Shown here: one piece after another, positions 62,278-64,000 of the stretch | Layout: every line of letters begins with the position of its first letter | Position numbering within the stretch: position 1 is the stretch's first letter | From: Eledone cirrhosa | Taxonomy: Eukaryota | Assembly (NCBI GenBank): GCA_964016885.1 | Contig: OZ024748.1 | Location: 42,780,001 to 42,844,000, forward strand | Length of the DNA: 64,000 nucleotides | Direction of reading: 5' to 3' | Notes under the pieces: model-generated | What the model was told of the DNA's origin: nothing | The model's input: the letters and a program-made list of their open reading frames with translations, nothing else | Database searches by the model: none | Program-made: the position numbers and the translations under genes

Positions 62278-62735
62278 CTGTAACAAAACCAGAAGTATAT
62301 TATTACATTAATGTTCAGATTAATGTACAAATAACAGGATTAAATGTATGAGTGTGACGTACATTTATATTTATGATATATAATATTTATTAAATCTACT
62401 CATAAATTAATTGGCTGTTTTTATCATAACTTTATTTATTAACCAATCTAAGTTTGCTGGGTTGCCTTAAAAACCATTAGAGAGGTTGCCCGGTACTCCT
62501 CACGGCGTTGCTGTCCTTTGCTCTGCTGTTGGCTTGGTTGTGCACCCTTTCCTTTATATTTTCTTTAATATATATATATATATATAAGAATTAAAATACT
62601 AGAGCGTGTTGGAGTTAAACACCCTCTTCGTATTATAGAAATGACAGTAAAGGTATAGCTCAATGTAATTAAACAGAGCCGAAGAATTATGAAAATAAAC
62701 CAAAGAAGCCTTCAATACATCAAAAGTCTTTATTA

Positions 62736-62773
62736 GCCAACAATGTTTCGTCGTATTAAGGACTCATCAGGGC
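62736..62773 (-). ncRNA. Type I hammerhead ribozyme motif
   Basis: gcc-CTGATGA-gtc-cttaatac-gac-GAAA-C-att-GTT-ggc. Confidence 0.75.
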
Positions 62774-62859
62774 AAGTAAAGCTATAAGAAGCACTATCGG
62801 CCAATACAAGCCAAAAACTCAGAAGTATATGGCCGATAGTGCTTCTTATAGCTTCACTT

Positions 62860-62897
62860 GCCCTGATGAGTCCTTAATAGGACGAAACATTGATGGC
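62860..62897 (+). ncRNA. Type I hammerhead motif with U16.1 to A change (probably inactive)
   Basis: gcc-CTGATGA-gtcc-ttaata-ggac-GAAA-C-att-GAT-ggc. Confidence 0.65.
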
Positions 62898-63054
62898 TAA
62901 TAAAGACTTTTGATGTATTGAAGGCTTCTTTGGTTTATTTTCATAATATATATATATATATGTATATATATTACGGAGGAAATGTGGTAAGGAACCAGGT
63001 GGACCATAACGCACCAAAGTACTCAATACTTAGGGTAGTAGAGTAGGTAATAGG

Positions 63055-63164
63055 AACGAGTAGGACCCCGACGGCTGAGCTCAAGCCGTTTCGACGGCTA
63101 ACTCTGAACTAAATCCAGAATTAGCCGTCGAAACGGCTTGAGCTCAGCCGTCGGGGTCCTACTC

Positions 63165-63167
<3 letters not shown>
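63055..63167. repeat. Perfect 47-bp inverted repeat containing a hammerhead 3' half
   Basis: Arms 63055-63101 and 63121-63167; GAAA-CGGC...GCCG-TC. Confidence 0.8.
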
Positions 63168-63222
<55 letters not shown>

Positions 63223-63771
63223 AAAGTAAAGAATCATATATGATAGTATATATATACCACATATTTTCTGTCTAAATTTATTTATAGCTTTTAATAGCTA
63301 ACATCTAAGTTTCGAGAGTTTATACCCGATTGCTCGAAATAGCAGCCAAATTCCCTGAAACAACACCCTAATATCTTAGAAAAAAAACAAGAAGGGCACG
63401 CAGGACAATGTAATAATAGATATACACAGACATGATAGTCACGGTTGAAACACCTTAGACCATACGTTTGCTCGGTCAGAACTGATCTGGGGCTAAATAA
63501 AAATAGTTTGTATATCGCAAAATATTGCCAAAACACAAATTTCAAAAGTTTTTTTGGAACGAAGCAAGTTTCAATTATCAGAAATCTGGTATACACCGAT
63601 CGCTTAAAGATCTTTCTTTTAATATAAAGGAATGGTTTCTAATTTTGGCACAAGGCCAGCACGTTTGGGGAGAATCAACCTTAGTACTTGACTGGTACTT
63701 TATTTTATCGACCCCCAACGAAACCGGTTCTCTAATTAAATGTTTGTAAAGTTATCAAAATAGACGGAAAA

Positions 63772-64000
63772 TTAGCAGAGTCGTTAAAACATCAGATATA
63801 ATGCTTTGTGGTATTCCGGCTTTCTGTTCTCTGAGTTCAAATCCCGTCGAGGTCAACTTTCCCTTTCATTCTTTCGAGATCGAGAAAAAAAAGCACCAGT
63901 CAAGTACTCGGATCGATTCTTCCTCTATACCACTTTCTCACACTCGCTGGAAGAAATCTGTTCTATTCAGACCCGGAGAGATGGGTTTCGCCAGACTGGA
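63772..64000 (+). mobile_element. SINE (family A-related long form)
   Basis: Homologous to 28490-28740 and 2535-2740. Confidence 0.7.

Larger units (their letters stand above)
62686..62947. mobile_element. Fold-back unit (118-bp arms) carrying two opposite hammerhead motifs; Penelope pLTR-like
   Basis: Arms 62686-62803 and 62830-62947; (TA)n flanks; AATAAA after each ribozyme. Confidence 0.8.

Noticed and set aside
63291-63749. Candidate METTL17 first exon
   Set aside because: No convincing ATG plus phase-0 donor with presequence character; region partly SINE-derived

Overview
Repeat-rich eukaryotic genomic DNA, most consistent with an octopus/coleoid cephalopod (inferred from Nin-domain tRNA SINEs, RTE-tailed SINEs and dense (TA)n/(GAT)n). 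Three spliced host genes were reconstructed by hand from GT-AG exons and are mostly absent from the ORF track: (1) the last three exons of an S1 serine protease (+, 2037-7373) with a non-tryptic S1 pocket and a poly-Asn tail; (2) a complete 9-exon metaxin-2 gene (MTX2, -, 40906-12529, 256 aa); (3) 14 exons of METTL17/Rsm22 (-, 62277-43562, first exon not located). Introns and spacers hold RTE, L1-Tx1, CRE-like and Vingi-like LINE remnants, mariner and piggyBac remnants, MITEs, two SINE families, and about ten large minisatellites, several demonstrably grown out of transposon fragments. All long ORFs in the track over these arrays are artefacts. The most striking unannotated signal is at least seven type I hammerhead ribozyme motifs of several unrelated sequence families. 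They lie in short (TA)n-flanked, often fold-back units resembling Penelope pLTR or retrozyme remnants, and two carry an unusually long (~60 nt) stem II.
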